Numbered from the stretch's first letter, positions 51,081 through 60,892 are shown. The stretch: DNA of 64,000 nt from Nitrososphaeria archaeon (GCA_963752255.1 CAVVXT010000012.1:1-64000), one strand, 5' to 3'. A program made the numbers and translations. The notes: generated by a model from the sequence alone, not told the origin.

Positions 51081-52223
51081 TTAAACTGAGAGTGCATAAC
51101 TAATGGCATCAACAAACATTTCTTTCATCAGGCTTGGGTCGAACTTCGTGGTGACGATTTCAACGGAATTTTTTCCCATAGATTCAAGTTTCCCCGAATC
51201 GAGCAACTTTTCCATGGCTAAGTACAGTTCTTCACTGTCAGCCCCGTTAAGTACGAAGCCATTTTCGCTGTGACGTATCATTTCGATTGCTGCTTGAGAA
51301 TTTTTCGTGGAAATAACGGGTAACCCGCATGCCATCGCCTCGTTTATTACAAAACCCCAAAGATCTTCTAGTGTAGGTAATACGAAAACGTCGGCGACAG
51401 AATAAATCTTTACTAATTCTTCTAGGCTCAGACCAGAATGAATGATCTTAAAATTTTTAAGATGGAGAGAGTTAGCGAGATCTTTTAGGTACAATTCTAA
51501 GGAGCCACTTCCCACCAGTACCAATGCGATATCATTGCGTTCATGCTCAAGTTTTCCATAAGCACGTAGTAAATATTCAATGCCTTTTCTTCTAATGAAT
51601 TGACCTACATAGAGGATAACAACTTTACCTTTCAATCCAATTTGACCTTTTAACTCCTCCTTGGATAACCGGTACTTATGCGATATTTCAATGAACAATT
51701 TATTGTCTATGGCATTTGGAGCGATAAAGATCTTTTCCGCATTCGCTCCCAGATCAATAACGTAATTTCTCGACAGTCCCCCAGGAACTACAATTGCATT
51801 TGAAGCTTTTATGAACAATATTCTTAGCGGCCTAGTTAAAGCTCCAAGTATCGATTGAGGCTCCTTGATTCCTTCCGTCCAATAAATTATGGAGATCCTA
51901 AATAGTTTAGTAATAACAAAAGCGAACCACATGGTAGGGTCAACGTAACCGCCGATTATTACAACATGCGGTTTATTTTTGATAATTTCCTTTAGGATAG
52001 ATGGATTTAGACTAAGCTTTCCGATTGGTGTCTTAATGTTGATTACTGGAAGAATCTTATACTTGTAGTCATAGTTTCTAGGCCATAAATCCCAATTACG
52101 TGAACCATCTTTTATTGTGCAGTAATAAACCACTAAGTCTACATCTTTAGAAAGCTCTTCGAATAATGGATGCCTATAAGGCGCAATTGTATTATGTATT
52201 ATTGCAACTTTGCACTTTCTCAT
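51081..52223 (-). CDS. GT4 glycosyltransferase
   Basis: The likely start is MRKCKVAIIHNTIAPYR at 52223; DLWGFVINEAMACG. Confidence 0.92.
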   Translation of the reverse strand: MRKCKVAIIHNTIAPYRHPLFEELSKDVDLVVYYCTIKDGSRNWDLWPRNYDYKYKILPVINIKTPIGKLSLNPSILKEIIKNKPHVVIIGGYVDPTMWFAFVITKLFRISIIYWTEGIKEPQSILGALTRPLRILFIKASNAIVVPGGLSRNYVIDLGANAEKIFIAPNAIDNKLFIEISHKYRLSKEELKGQIGLKGKVVILYVGQFIRRKGIEYLLRAYGKLEHERNDIALVLVGSGSLELYLKDLANSLHLKNFKIIHSGLSLEELVKIYSVADVFVLPTLEDLWGFVINEAMACGLPVISTKNSQAAIEMIRHSENGFVLNGADSEELYLAMEKLLDSGKLESMGKNSVEIVTTKFDPSLMKEMFVDAISYALSV

Positions 52224-52374
52224 AGACTTCGAGCTGAGAAACAACCTTTGAAATACCAAATGACCTTACTACCCTTTTTAGTTTTTTCTAAAGGCATTTG
52301 GCCAAACGAGCAAGGCGGAAAGTAAGACCTATTCCTAAACTTGAACATATTAGAAGTATCTTTGGGTTTTCCAA
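52192..52374 (-). pseudogene. Internally deleted GT4 gene (head fused to tail)
   Basis: One frame: MENPKILLICSSLGIGLTFRLARLAKCL*KK-LKRVVRSFGISKVVSQLEVYEKVQSCNNT*; the tail overlaps the next ATG. Confidence 0.7.
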
Positions 52375-52392
52375 TCGATTTTCGCTTGTTCT

Positions 52393-53583
52393 TTATTGTC
52401 TTTTTTGAAACTTATTTGAATCAATGGCATTTTTATACAATTGTTCGAGTCTATTTACTATCTTTACTATGTCAAAGTTCTTTTTGACGAAGTCTCTACC
52501 ACTGGAACCCATTTTCTTGCTTTTGTTTTCATCCTTTAATAGTGATAATATTCTTATTGACAACATTTCGATGTTTCCAAGTTCCACTAAGTAACCAGTT
52601 ATGCCATCAACTACGAAATCTTTTACTCCCCCGATTCCAGAAGTAACTACCGGTTTACCGCAAGCACATGCTTCGAGCAGACTAATTCCAAATGCTTCAT
52701 ACCTAGATGGTGATGCATAGATATCTGCATCCACATAGGCTTCAAGTTTTTCTTTATCGTAAAGTGGGCCAGTTAACAGAACTCTATTTTCTAATCCCAG
52801 TTTGTTAATTAAGTGTTTTATCTCATTCAAATAGCTGTCATCTGGTCCAACTAGGACAAGTAATGCATTATCAACTTTCATTCCATTTATTAAGTTCGCA
52901 TAAGCTTTTATTAAATAATCTATTCCTTTGATCTGATGTAGCCTTCCGAGATAGAGTATTATTTTGCTGTTTTCAGATAATCCATATTTTTCTCTAAAAA
53001 ACCCTCTTTGCGGAAGATTTGCATATTCTTCTAAATTTATGCCGTTAGGAACGATTTCTATTTTCTCTTTAGGCACACCAAACCTTAGATACTGTTTTAA
53101 CTCCATTTGACTAAGTGCTATAACCTTTGAGGCATCTTTCAGTATGTTATATCCAAATAGCAAGTCGTAGATCCACTTGAACTTTGTTTTTGCTGCGATT
53201 CTTGGGAGAGATCCATGAACCTGTAAGATGTATGGAACATGACACTTTTTGGCGTAATGGTGGACAATAATATCTTGAAATTGACGCCATGAGTGGAGAT
53301 GTATAATATCAAAGTCTCGAATATTTTCAATTAGAGCTCTTTCCATGGTGGGCGATATGTTTAAGTAACTAGCTGTAAAGACTCTTGGAAAATATACAGT
53401 TTGATAGCCGTCTGACTTAACTTCAAATGGTAAATTTCGAGAATCGTGTTCCTTATCTTTGGCGCTTGTTGTGTAAATTGTAACTTCATGCCTCTTTGAG
53501 AGCTCTTTAGAAATTGCGCGCACGCTTGAAACAGGACCACCTGATGCAGCGTAGAAAACTGGTATCACCTGGAGTATTTTCAT
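52393..53583 (-). CDS. GT4 glycosyltransferase
   Basis: MKILQV..SGGP, YLGRLHQIKG and EAFGISLLEA. Confidence 0.93.
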   Translation of the reverse strand: MKILQVIPVFYAASGGPVSSVRAISKELSKRHEVTIYTTSAKDKEHDSRNLPFEVKSDGYQTVYFPRVFTASYLNISPTMERALIENIRDFDIIHLHSWRQFQDIIVHHYAKKCHVPYILQVHGSLPRIAAKTKFKWIYDLLFGYNILKDASKVIALSQMELKQYLRFGVPKEKIEIVPNGINLEEYANLPQRGFFREKYGLSENSKIILYLGRLHQIKGIDYLIKAYANLINGMKVDNALLVLVGPDDSYLNEIKHLINKLGLENRVLLTGPLYDKEKLEAYVDADIYASPSRYEAFGISLLEACACGKPVVTSGIGGVKDFVVDGITGYLVELGNIEMLSIRILSLLKDENKSKKMGSSGRDFVKKNFDIVKIVNRLEQLYKNAIDSNKFQKRQ

Positions 53584-53587
53584 GATC

Positions 53588-54151
53588 CTACCTTTTAATT
53601 CCTCTTACGTGGAGACAATCAGGAATAAATGGGATACCTTTGTAACCTTTGATTAGCCTTCTCACATTCTTTATTCCACAAGATTCTAGCAGACTCTTTA
53701 GGAGACCGTAAGAAAAACCACACCTGTGATAATCATCTAAACGGGTCTGCCCTCCATAGATATTTTTCACATTCATCCATGTTGGGCTTAAAAAGAAAAG
53801 AAACGCCCTCGCACGGAGGTCAGGGCAACGTATTTCAAATGTTCCACCATTCTTTAGCACACGAATCCATTCAACCAACAAATCATTGACTTCGGTATGA
53901 CTGAAATGCTCAATAATGTGACTTGAAAAAACGTATTCAAATGATTCGTTCCTAAATGGAAGCATTCGAGCATCAGCTATGACATCCACAGAGTCAGTTC
54001 TTCTAATGTCAAGGCCTACTGTACCTTGCTCTTTATTCTCCCCGCATCCAATGTCTAGTCCGAGTGTGTTCGTATGTAATCCCTACGAAAAAATTATGCT
54101 GGAAACTCTGTTAATCAGAATTCGGAACCTATTCGTTCTATGAGCATTCAT
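53588..54151 (-). CDS. Class I SAM methyltransferase with an in-frame TAG at codon 23
   Basis: ATG 54151: MNAHR...IIFS*GLHTNTLGLDIGCG..GLDI..DVIADARMLPF..SHIIEH. The SAM motif lies upstream of the track start. Confidence 0.85.
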
Positions 54152-55238
54152 CAAGTAATACACCAAGGTATTCTTTCCAATTTTCGCCAGAAAAATTCAT
54201 AATAAAGTACTTTCTGCAGTTCTCTGAAAGTTCTCGTATATTCTTTTGGACTTTTCCTATTGCGTTGATCCATTCCTCTGCACTTGCGTTTGAGTTCAGT
54301 AGATAGCCTGTTTTCATTGGGGTGACAAACTCTGGTAGCCCTCCAACGGCACTCGATATTACAGGCGTTCCGTACATATATGATACAAGTATAACTGAAC
54401 TCTGGGTTTCCCTCTTATATGGCACCAAAACTGCATAGCTTCTATTAATTAGGTTACCATATTCCTCGTCACTTATTCTTTCTCCATCGACGATCTTCAA
54501 GTCGACTTCTTTCAAGAACCGCTCATCCCTTACCTTATGACGTGAAATCAGAAGAAACTTAAGGTTCAGCTTCCTGTCCTTTGAATAATTCATTATCTCC
54601 AAAAACTTTTCAGGATTCTTAGCCGGAAGCAGAGGGCCGACAAAAGTAAAGTATTCTCTTTCTTGGGAGGCTGATGACATCCCTCCCAAATCCTCGTACA
54701 TTAGAGGGACCAGCATCTTTTTTCCTGACAGTTTAGGATATTTTAGGTCAAGAAGACGTGATGCTTCATTAGAAGATACTACAGCTACGTCTGCATCTTT
54801 AAGCAGTTTTCCTTGAAAATACTCGAATAAATATAACCAGTACTGGCTGAAGCCTCCGTGAGCATTCTTGTCTTCAACGTAGGGTTCATGAACATGATAG
54901 ATGAATTTACAGCCATGCTTTTTGCATAAGCTCTCGATGTAATGGTTTAGGAAATGGTAGTTTTGCATGTAAAAGCATATTGGTTTATCTTCTACAAAGA
55001 TTTGGGCAATTTTTTTCCTATTCTTCAAACTGGATGCGTCCTTCAACATTGAGAAGATGCCAATAGAATGTCCGATGAAAATTGTCTTATCCTGTATTTC
55101 CTTCGGCAGCAACCATTCATAGGCACCGCTGAAAATATATTTCACGGAATAACCTTCTTTTTCACACGCCTTACCGAAGGCTACAGAATGTGATTTGAAC
55201 ACAGGACTATACTGTAAGCTTCCTACGTAGACTGTCAT
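54138..55238 (-). CDS. GT4 glycosyltransferase
   Basis: HVHEP and PYKRETQSSV...YGTPVISSAVGGLPE. Confidence 0.85.
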   Translation of the reverse strand: MTVYVGSLQYSPVFKSHSVAFGKACEKEGYSVKYIFSGAYEWLLPKEIQDKTIFIGHSIGIFSMLKDASSLKNRKKIAQIFVEDKPICFYMQNYHFLNHYIESLCKKHGCKFIYHVHEPYVEDKNAHGGFSQYWLYLFEYFQGKLLKDADVAVVSSNEASRLLDLKYPKLSGKKMLVPLMYEDLGGMSSASQEREYFTFVGPLLPAKNPEKFLEIMNYSKDRKLNLKFLLISRHKVRDERFLKEVDLKIVDGERISDEEYGNLINRSYAVLVPYKRETQSSVILVSYMYGTPVISSAVGGLPEFVTPMKTGYLLNSNASAEEWINAIGKVQKNIRELSENCRKYFIMNFSGENWKEYLGVLLDECS

Positions 55239-55247
55239 AGAATCCTG

Positions 55248-56471
55248 TCACTTCCTTTCTAAAATGTCCTTTACGTTTGAACCTATATTGCTCAACGTTA
55301 ACCCTTGTTCAACTGCTTTTCTCCCATTCCTTCCCAACGAATCCCCCCTTTCCCTATTCTTGTATATGTAAAGGACGGCTTTAGCTAGCGCCCTATGGTC
55401 ACCGGGTCTGATGACTATGCCCGATTTTGTACGCTGCACGTATCGTCCGGATTCTCCACTTGAGCAACATATTATAGGTCTCCCTGACGCTTGATACTCG
55501 TATAACTTTGAAGATAATCCCTTTTCCACGTTCTCTAATCCACTTAGGGGTAATAGGAGTGCATCTGCGCCAGCCATCAGTTTTGCGACTTCCTCTCTCG
55601 GGACAATCTTTTCTGTGAGCATAACGTTACTGAGCCCCATTTCTCCGATTTCCTTCGCAAGGTTTGAGGCCATTTCTCCGCCTCCCTGCAGAAATATCCT
55701 TATCTTCACTTCCCCTTCTAACAACTTCGCCGCCTTGAGTATTTGCTCGAAATTGTAGGCTGGTGAAAAGGCTCCAACATAGAGAACCTTGAACATACCA
55801 TCGGGAACGGGTTGGGGGGTGAAAGAAAAAGTATCTAGGTCAACTCCAGCTGGAACAACCGTCACTTTGTTCCTCCTAATGTGATATTTGCCTGTTATCG
55901 TGTCAGTGTAAGATGAGCTTATCAGAGTTATGTTATCCGCTGACAAGTATGCGATCTTAGCTATGAAACCGGCAAGTCTCCGAAAGAAGCCGGATTCCAG
56001 CACGCCTACGTCTTCAATCGCCTCCGGCCACAGGTCGTTGACGTCGAGTATGATGGGACACCAATTAAGACACTTGTATACAAGGGCTGGAAAGATGGAC
56101 AGAATATTGGGATATGAAGCAAAGACTCCATTCAACTTTCCCGTAAAGAATAGGCCAAAAGTCGAAGAAACAGCGAATGAAATAGAAAGGATGAACCTAT
56201 TTGCGAATCCCTTTGAAGCCAAAGGCGGCACAAAAGTCCTTATGACCCTGATCTTTCCAATGTTCTCGATGACAAGGGGCTTTCCCCTGTAATTCTTCGG
56301 TATGTTTCCCGTCGGATAATGCGGCAAACCTGCGACGACCGTTACCTTGACATCATTCGCCACCAAGCCTTTTGCAACATTGTAAACTCGTGTGGCGCTT
56401 CCACCCATGTCCGGTGGAAAGATCTGGGAAATTAATAGGACGTGCAATCTAGAAGGTGGCACACGATTCAA
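55248..56471 (-). CDS. GT4 glycosyltransferase, WbuB-like
   Basis: SQIFPPD, PHYPTG, DLWPE and SKLYEY. Confidence 0.9.
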   Translation of the reverse strand: MNRVPPSRLHVLLISQIFPPDMGGSATRVYNVAKGLVANDVKVTVVAGLPHYPTGNIPKNYRGKPLVIENIGKIRVIRTFVPPLASKGFANRFILSISFAVSSTFGLFFTGKLNGVFASYPNILSIFPALVYKCLNWCPIILDVNDLWPEAIEDVGVLESGFFRRLAGFIAKIAYLSADNITLISSSYTDTITGKYHIRRNKVTVVPAGVDLDTFSFTPQPVPDGMFKVLYVGAFSPAYNFEQILKAAKLLEGEVKIRIFLQGGGEMASNLAKEIGEMGLSNVMLTEKIVPREEVAKLMAGADALLLPLSGLENVEKGLSSKLYEYQASGRPIICCSSGESGRYVQRTKSGIVIRPGDHRALAKAVLYIYKNRERGDSLGRNGRKAVEQGLTLSNIGSNVKDILERK

Positions 56472-57459
56472 TATTCTTCCAGTTTTCAGCGAACCATCGT
56501 TGCACTGACTTTAGTCCTTCTTTGAATTGTGTCTTAGGCTCGTATTCAAGAACTCTTTTAGCCTTTCCAATAGAGGCGAGCAATCTTTTCTTCTTGTCCC
56601 AATCCCTTCTCTCCTTGTAAACGATGCCCGAAGTGTTTCCGGTCAATTCGTTGACCTTTTCTGCAAGGTCTATTATCCTTATCTCCCTCCCTGTTGCAAG
56701 GTTAAACGCCTCTCCAACCGCCTTATCATTATAGGCCATTGAGAGAAGACCTGAAACGATGTCTCCAACGTACGTGAAATCCCTTGTCTCCTCACCTGTT
56801 CCTGTAATAGGAAGGGGCAACCCTTTCATAGCCCAGAAGAAGAAGTTCGGTATCACGTTTCTATATTTTCCCGGAACCTCTCCAGGTCCATAAGAATTGA
56901 AGAATCTTGCGTTTACGATCGGAAGGCCGTAGAGGTTGTAAAAGTAATTAGTGTAAAGTTCCCCAAGCATCTTTGTAACCTGATACGGCGTATACAGGCT
57001 AAGCGAAACATCGTCCTCTTCAAATGGCATCTGCGAATCTAAACCGTAAATGCCACAGCCCGATGAAGCGTAGATGAACCTCTCCATTCCAAAACGGTGC
57101 GCGCGTTCGAGGACCTTGAGCGTCCCCATCCCGTTCACCATCAGGTCAACTTCTGGGTTGTCGACTGAATTTTGGTTTGCAAAGTGCGCTGCCAAGTGAT
57201 AGACCAGTTGTGGCCTTCCCTTGAAAGCTAGCTCCAGTTTATCGTCATCGAGGACACTCCCTTTAATGAGCTTTATCTTCGGTCCCATAGGAACATTCCA
57301 TTCAAATGAGGAGGAAAGGTCATCTAAAATGATTATTTCTTTTGTTTCAAGTTCATTCAACTTCCTTACCAAATTTGTTCCAATGGACCCTGCACCGCCT
57401 GTTACAAGAACCTTTTTCCCCTCCAACGCACTGAAAACTTCTTCCTTCAATTTAATCAC
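56449..57459 (-). CDS. NAD-dependent epimerase/dehydratase
   Basis: VTGGAGSIG, YQVTK, RFFNSYGP and TRDFTYV. Confidence 0.93.
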   Translation of the reverse strand: MIKLKEEVFSALEGKKVLVTGGAGSIGTNLVRKLNELETKEIIILDDLSSSFEWNVPMGPKIKLIKGSVLDDDKLELAFKGRPQLVYHLAAHFANQNSVDNPEVDLMVNGMGTLKVLERAHRFGMERFIYASSGCGIYGLDSQMPFEEDDVSLSLYTPYQVTKMLGELYTNYFYNLYGLPIVNARFFNSYGPGEVPGKYRNVIPNFFFWAMKGLPLPITGTGEETRDFTYVGDIVSGLLSMAYNDKAVGEAFNLATGREIRIIDLAEKVNELTGNTSGIVYKERRDWDKKKRLLASIGKAKRVLEYEPKTQFKEGLKSVQRWFAENWKNIESCATF

Positions 57460-58405
57460 TTATCCTATAGTACCATTTCATCCATTTGACGGTCCTTTTG
57501 ATGCCTTCCTCTGGGGAAACCTTTGGATCGTGCTTAAGGTCACGCACTGCTTTTGAGCAGTCTATCTTCTTGACGTTAGTCGTAAATGGCTCAGACTTCT
57601 TATAGGTGACCAGAGAGTCATCCCTTCCGACAGTCCTGAGGATTATGTCCGAATATTCCTTGATTTCCTTTTCCCATTCAGGTCTTCCGCCTACGTTGTA
57701 GACTTCTCCTGGAATGAAGTTGTCCACAATGTTGGCGAATGTTCTACAGGAGTCTTCAACATAATCGATTATCCTCCTGTGGCCCTTATAGACAAAGTAG
57801 GGCTTGTTGTAAAGTGCGTGATAAATGAACTTGGGAATGAAGCCGCGGTAAGGTGTATAGTGCTCCCCAGGCCCATAACAGTTGACAGGCCTTACCCTTA
57901 CGGTTTCTGTTTCAAACATCCTTGCCGAGTTAGCGCACATCAGCTCACCTGCCCATTTTGTTATGGCGTAGTCGTTCATCTGATAGGTGTCCTTTATCGG
58001 GTTCTTCACCATGACATCTTCTGACATGATCCCACTGTAGTCTCCATAGACTTCTGCTGAAGAAAAGAAGACCATCTTAAACTTCAACTTCTCCTGCAAC
58101 CGTATCATATGCTTTGTGCCTACAGCATTTGTCGCCCACAGGTTTTCGTAGTAATCTTCGCCATTCCATCTGCCGTACTCTGCGGCGAGGTGATAGACGA
58201 ATTCGAACTTCCATTTTTCAAAAACCCTCTCAATCTGTCTGTAACTTCTAACGTCGGCCCTTACATAACCGTCAACATCTGTGTGATATTGGTCAAGTGC
58301 GACTACATCATGACCCCTCCTTCTAAGTTCATCTACGAGATGTGATCCTATGAAACCTGTTCCGCCTGTCACAAGTATTTTGGCCAAGGTCATATCAGAC
58401 CCCAT
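57452..58405 (-). CDS. NAD-dependent epimerase/dehydratase
   Basis: VTGGTGFIGS, YAITK and NCYGP. Confidence 0.93.
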   Translation of the reverse strand: MGSDMTLAKILVTGGTGFIGSHLVDELRRRGHDVVALDQYHTDVDGYVRADVRSYRQIERVFEKWKFEFVYHLAAEYGRWNGEDYYENLWATNAVGTKHMIRLQEKLKFKMVFFSSAEVYGDYSGIMSEDVMVKNPIKDTYQMNDYAITKWAGELMCANSARMFETETVRVRPVNCYGPGEHYTPYRGFIPKFIYHALYNKPYFVYKGHRRIIDYVEDSCRTFANIVDNFIPGEVYNVGGRPEWEKEIKEYSDIILRTVGRDDSLVTYKKSEPFTTNVKKIDCSKAVRDLKHDPKVSPEEGIKRTVKWMKWYYRISD

Positions 58406-59478
58406 CAGCTGGATGAAGTTATAATTCTTACTATCCTTTCAGCCGCCTTTCCGTCGCCGAAGGGGTTAATCCAATCCCTATTCCTATTCAGCATTATTTC
58501 CGCTCTTTCGAGCATGTTTTTGGGTTCAGTTCCTGCCAAAACATTCGCTCCTACATCTATCGTCTCCGGCCTTTCAGTGTTGTATCTTAACGTTACACAG
58601 GGTACTCTCAGAATACATGCCTCTTCTTGCACGCCTCCGGAATCGGTGAACACAAGCCTTGCGTTGCTCAAAGTGTTGAGAAAAGTTAGGTAGTCCAATG
58701 GTTCTGTGAACTTTAAACTGTCGTTCACCTTTAGGTCGAACTGTATTATCATCTTCTTTGTCCTTGGATGAAGAGGACATATAATTGGAACCTTAAAGCG
58801 CTCCGCAGTTTCCTCCAAACCGATCATTATCTTTCCCAGGTGCTCTTTTACGTCAACGTTCTCTTGTCTGTGAAGTGTAGCGAGAAAATACTCTTCTCTT
58901 TCATTGGCGATTAAAGGGATGCGAAAGTTCTTGGCCATCTCGATGTTCTGCATCATAGCGTCGACTATCGTGTTTCCTGTTAGGAATATATTGTCCTCTT
59001 CAATTCCTTCCTTGAGCAGGTTTTTCTTGGCCTGTTCTGTCGGAGCAAAGAGATAGTCGGAGACGTGATCTGTTAGGACCCGGTTTACTTCTTCCGGCAT
59101 GCTTCTATCGTAGCTACGTAGTCCAGCTTCGACGTGGCCTATCTTAATGTGCAATTTAGAAGCCACCAGTGCTCCAGAAAGTACGCTGTTCGTGTCACCT
59201 TCGACGAGGACTATGTCCGGCTTTTCTTGAACCAAGAGCCCTTCTATTCCGATCAACATTTTTCCAGTTTCTTCCGCATGACTGCCTGAGCCTACCTTCA
59301 AGCTATACCTTGGTTTAGGAATTTTCAGTTGTTCGAAGAACATCCTGTCCATGTTGTGGGAATAGTGTTGGCCCGTATGAATAATAAAATAATCTGAGCT
59401 CAACCGTTCAAATTCTCTGATGATTGGCGACATCTTCACTATTTCTGGTCTGGTGCCAAGGATTATTGCTGCTTTCAC
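58405..59478 (-). CDS. wecB: UDP-N-acetylglucosamine 2-epimerase (non-hydrolysing)
   Basis: GTRPEIVK, TGQH, GDT, HVEAGLRS, PEEVNR, TDSGGVQEE and PFGDG. Confidence 0.96.
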   Translation of the reverse strand: MKAAIILGTRPEIVKMSPIIREFERLSSDYFIIHTGQHYSHNMDRMFFEQLKIPKPRYSLKVGSGSHAEETGKMLIGIEGLLVQEKPDIVLVEGDTNSVLSGALVASKLHIKIGHVEAGLRSYDRSMPEEVNRVLTDHVSDYLFAPTEQAKKNLLKEGIEEDNIFLTGNTIVDAMMQNIEMAKNFRIPLIANEREEYFLATLHRQENVDVKEHLGKIMIGLEETAERFKVPIICPLHPRTKKMIIQFDLKVNDSLKFTEPLDYLTFLNTLSNARLVFTDSGGVQEEACILRVPCVTLRYNTERPETIDVGANVLAGTEPKNMLERAEIMLNRNRDWINPFGDGKAAERIVRIITSSS

Positions 59479-59528
59479 TTTCAGAAATCCTCTGAAGGTT
59501 ACCTGCTATGACCCCTGTTCGTATGCAG

Positions 59529-60443
59529 TTACTGCCTTTCCCTTATGACGCTTATTATGACCCACAGCATTATTGCACAAGTTATCAAGATCAACCCAAA
59601 AACTGTTGTTGCAACTGCCACCAGCGCTACATTGGTCAGAATCGCCCTTGTACTGACATATAGATCGACTGTCCAAAGCCAGAAGTAAACAGAGATCACA
59701 AGAGACGTTAGGCCTGGTACGCCGTAGAAGAGCAGGGGATGCCTTATGGACAGATGTTTTATCGTAGACAGGACTACATCAACCCCATGGTATACCGGAT
59801 TCTGTGCGAGGGGCTTCGAGGGCTCCTTAAAATAGGATGCGATTATCGGGACTTCCTGAACCTTCAATCCATGTTCGCGAGCTTTCATAATTATTTCGGT
59901 ACTAGCTCCCATTCCCATTTCGCCAATATATATCAGTTCCAAAGCCCTCCCGCTATATGCCCTAAAACCTGACTGGGCGTCTGTTAAAGTACAATCTGAA
60001 AGAGTGTTTGAAATCTTCGTTATGGCCTTTATCCCAGACTTCCTGTAGCCTGGAACTTTCTCTTCCCCTCCTTCCATGAACCTTGATCCAACTACGATAT
60101 CCGCTTCCCCACCCACAATCGGAGACACAACCTTAGGTATCTCCTCCGGATCGTGCTGGCCATCGCCGTCCAACGTGACCATCACATCTACTTTGGCTTC
60201 CTTGATATCCCTGAACAGGGTTGCCAACGCTGCCCCATATCCCATGTTCCTTTCATGTCTGATCACCCTAGCTCCAAGCTTCTCCGCTATCTCCGACGTC
60301 ATATCGTTGGAGCCATCGTCACAGACTACGACCCTGTCGACGTGCTTCTGAGCTCCTACAATAACTCTTGCAATGTTCTTTTCTTCATTATATGCCGGGA
60401 TACATGCTACGATAATTGGCTTAGCCTTTTCCATATTTCCCAC
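59529..60443 (-). CDS. GT2, polyprenol-phosphate-sugar synthase-like with C-terminal TM helices
   Basis: IPAYNEE, DDGSND, NMGYG, LDGDGQHDP and DAQSGFRA. Confidence 0.92.
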   Translation of the reverse strand: MGNMEKAKPIIVACIPAYNEEKNIARVIVGAQKHVDRVVVCDDGSNDMTSEIAEKLGARVIRHERNMGYGAALATLFRDIKEAKVDVMVTLDGDGQHDPEEIPKVVSPIVGGEADIVVGSRFMEGGEEKVPGYRKSGIKAITKISNTLSDCTLTDAQSGFRAYSGRALELIYIGEMGMGASTEIIMKAREHGLKVQEVPIIASYFKEPSKPLAQNPVYHGVDVVLSTIKHLSIRHPLLFYGVPGLTSLVISVYFWLWTVDLYVSTRAILTNVALVAVATTVFGLILITCAIMLWVIISVIRERQ

Positions 60444-60444
60444 T

Positions 60445-60867
60445 TCACATTGTATATGTTTTTGAGCTGCAGAAGACCCCCCACCAGACTACATACGTTT
60501 TCTCCTTAACCCAATTCATGGCTTCAGGATAGCCTAAACTGATGGCGTATTCAGCTATCCTGTAGGCTGGCTTCACTCCCAGGAGATAATTTCTTCGCAT
60601 AAAGGACGTCACTGAAGCTATCCCTTTCGCTATCCTAGCAATTGCCCTCAACAGCTCCAGACTCCTGAAGCTGATCTTTAGGCTTGAACTCAATTCAAGG
60701 ATACCCCGGTCCATGGCTTCCATCTTCTTCCAGATGCCGGCCCTTTTTGCTTTCTTCATCATTTTAATAATTGAAGACCGTATCCTCTGGCTGGTGCTTT
60801 GCTCTTTTGCAGATATTTCTGAAACGCCATACCCGTGTTGGGGTGAAAGTCGATAGGTATTCATCAA
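60445..60867 (-). CDS. Uncharacterised basic protein heading locus A (paralog of 38671-39081)
   Basis: KAKRAGIWKKM...YAISLGYPEAMNW...WWG. Confidence 0.85.
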   Translation of the reverse strand: MMNTYRLSPQHGYGVSEISAKEQSTSQRIRSSIIKMMKKAKRAGIWKKMEAMDRGILELSSSLKISFRSLELLRAIARIAKGIASVTSFMRRNYLLGVKPAYRIAEYAISLGYPEAMNWVKEKTYVVWWGVFCSSKTYTM

Positions 60868-60892
60868 ATTCTAGCCTTGATTACAAGGTTTT

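Noticed and set aside
10706-54140. Genome-wide TAG recoding to pyrrolysine
   Set aside because: TAG ends many genes at their expected termini (10706, 14029, 17477, 22197, 31200, 36932, 38391, 38671, 53588, 54138). Most premature TAGs are followed by a frame change rather than in-frame continuation.
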